Program-made: the position numbers and the translations under genes
Assembly: GCA_937860055.1 (NCBI GenBank)
Contig: CALMBO010000002.1
Location: 4,594-68,593, forward strand
Length of the DNA: 64,000 nt
Reading direction: 5' to 3'
Source of the DNA: an uncultured Verrucomicrobiota bacterium
Lineage (GTDB): Bacteria > Verrucomicrobiota > Kiritimatiellia > CAIQIC01 > Lenti-01
The notes under the pieces: model-generated
Databases searched by the model: none
Seen by the model: only the letters and a program-made list of their open reading frames with translations
What the model was told of the DNA's origin: nothing
Shown here: positions 63,879-64,000 of the stretch, in pieces
Numbering within the stretch: the stretch's first letter is position 1
Layout: each line of letters begins with the position of its first letter

Positions 63879-64000
63879 CTACTTCACCCATTCCTTGATT
63901 TCGGCGGGCAGGTCCTCGACCGATTGCAGCGTGCATTCGATCTCCGCCCCCTCTTCCGTCGGCACCAGGACCTTTTCGCCGGCCGGCTTGCCGGCCAGGG
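63879..64000 (-). CDS. C-terminal end of an unidentified protein (gene starts beyond window end)
   Basis: Own translation: ..LAGKPAGEKVLVPTEEGAEIECTLQSVEDLPAEIKEWVK, then a stop. The stop lies 1 nt before the gtrA-like start. The family cannot be called from 40 aa. Confidence 0.35.
   Translation of the reverse strand, partial: LAGKPAGEKVLVPTEEGAEIECTLQSVEDLPAEIKEWVK

Overview
Very GC-rich bacterial chromosomal segment, roughly two-thirds G+C by eye (not computed). It is gene-dense and mostly housekeeping. I support about 69 protein-coding genes. The long Gly/Ala/Arg/Pro-rich ORFs in the track are antisense or out-of-frame shadows of these genes. I found no rRNA, tRNA, CRISPR array, prophage or recognisable defence island.

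Recognisable content:
- hrpB, a nudix-cvpA-dnaG block and an EF-P-like gene (efpL/yeiP type)
- pdxB, then rluD, a Zn-ribbon gene and rluB
- a beta-CASP RNase-like gene, era, and rmuC-tlpA-like-dsbD
- rfaE2, rsmA, an RRM protein, a DEDDh exonuclease and a NifU-like gene
- separate coaC and coaB, gmk, yicC
- an exosortase/EpsI/UDP-xylose synthase/FHA block
- a complete F1Fo ATP synthase operon (atpZ-B-E-F-H-A-G-D-C)
- a PtsN-like EIIA gene next to a CPA2 antiporter
- metF, rfbD, rfbB, a lysA-like gene, a GH13 enzyme, DUF47-PiT, and DUF2157 with a GDYXXLXY protein
- ridA followed by TatD-like and UbiA-like genes (ebo-like pair), alaS and gtrA

Four things stand out.
1. A tight four-gene minus-strand operon at 37.7-42.0 kb in which no gene has a characterised function. 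It encodes two proteins with the same Zn-ribbon/TM/double-OB-like layout, a TctA/DUF112-like permease, and a DUF457 membrane hydrolase with a large insertion.
2. A dispersed family of AT-rich perfect palindromes (TTTTTCCA-N5-TGGAAAAA). There are 15 copies in 5 intergenic clusters with modular spacing. The largest cluster sits next to a RAYT-type Y1 transposase, which is itself flanked by GC-rich REP hairpins.
3. Two heptanucleotide tandem-repeat families, GGGTTCA and ATTCTTA, at gene boundaries. One array builds a terminator-like hairpin. Two others are translated as signal peptides.
4. An unlisted 30-aa Lys/Ala histone-H1-like gene behind a 240-nt tract of about 41% G+C.

The gene content and repeat style suggest a PVC-group organism (Verrucomicrobiota or Kiritimatiellota-like). 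That taxonomic guess is low-confidence inference.
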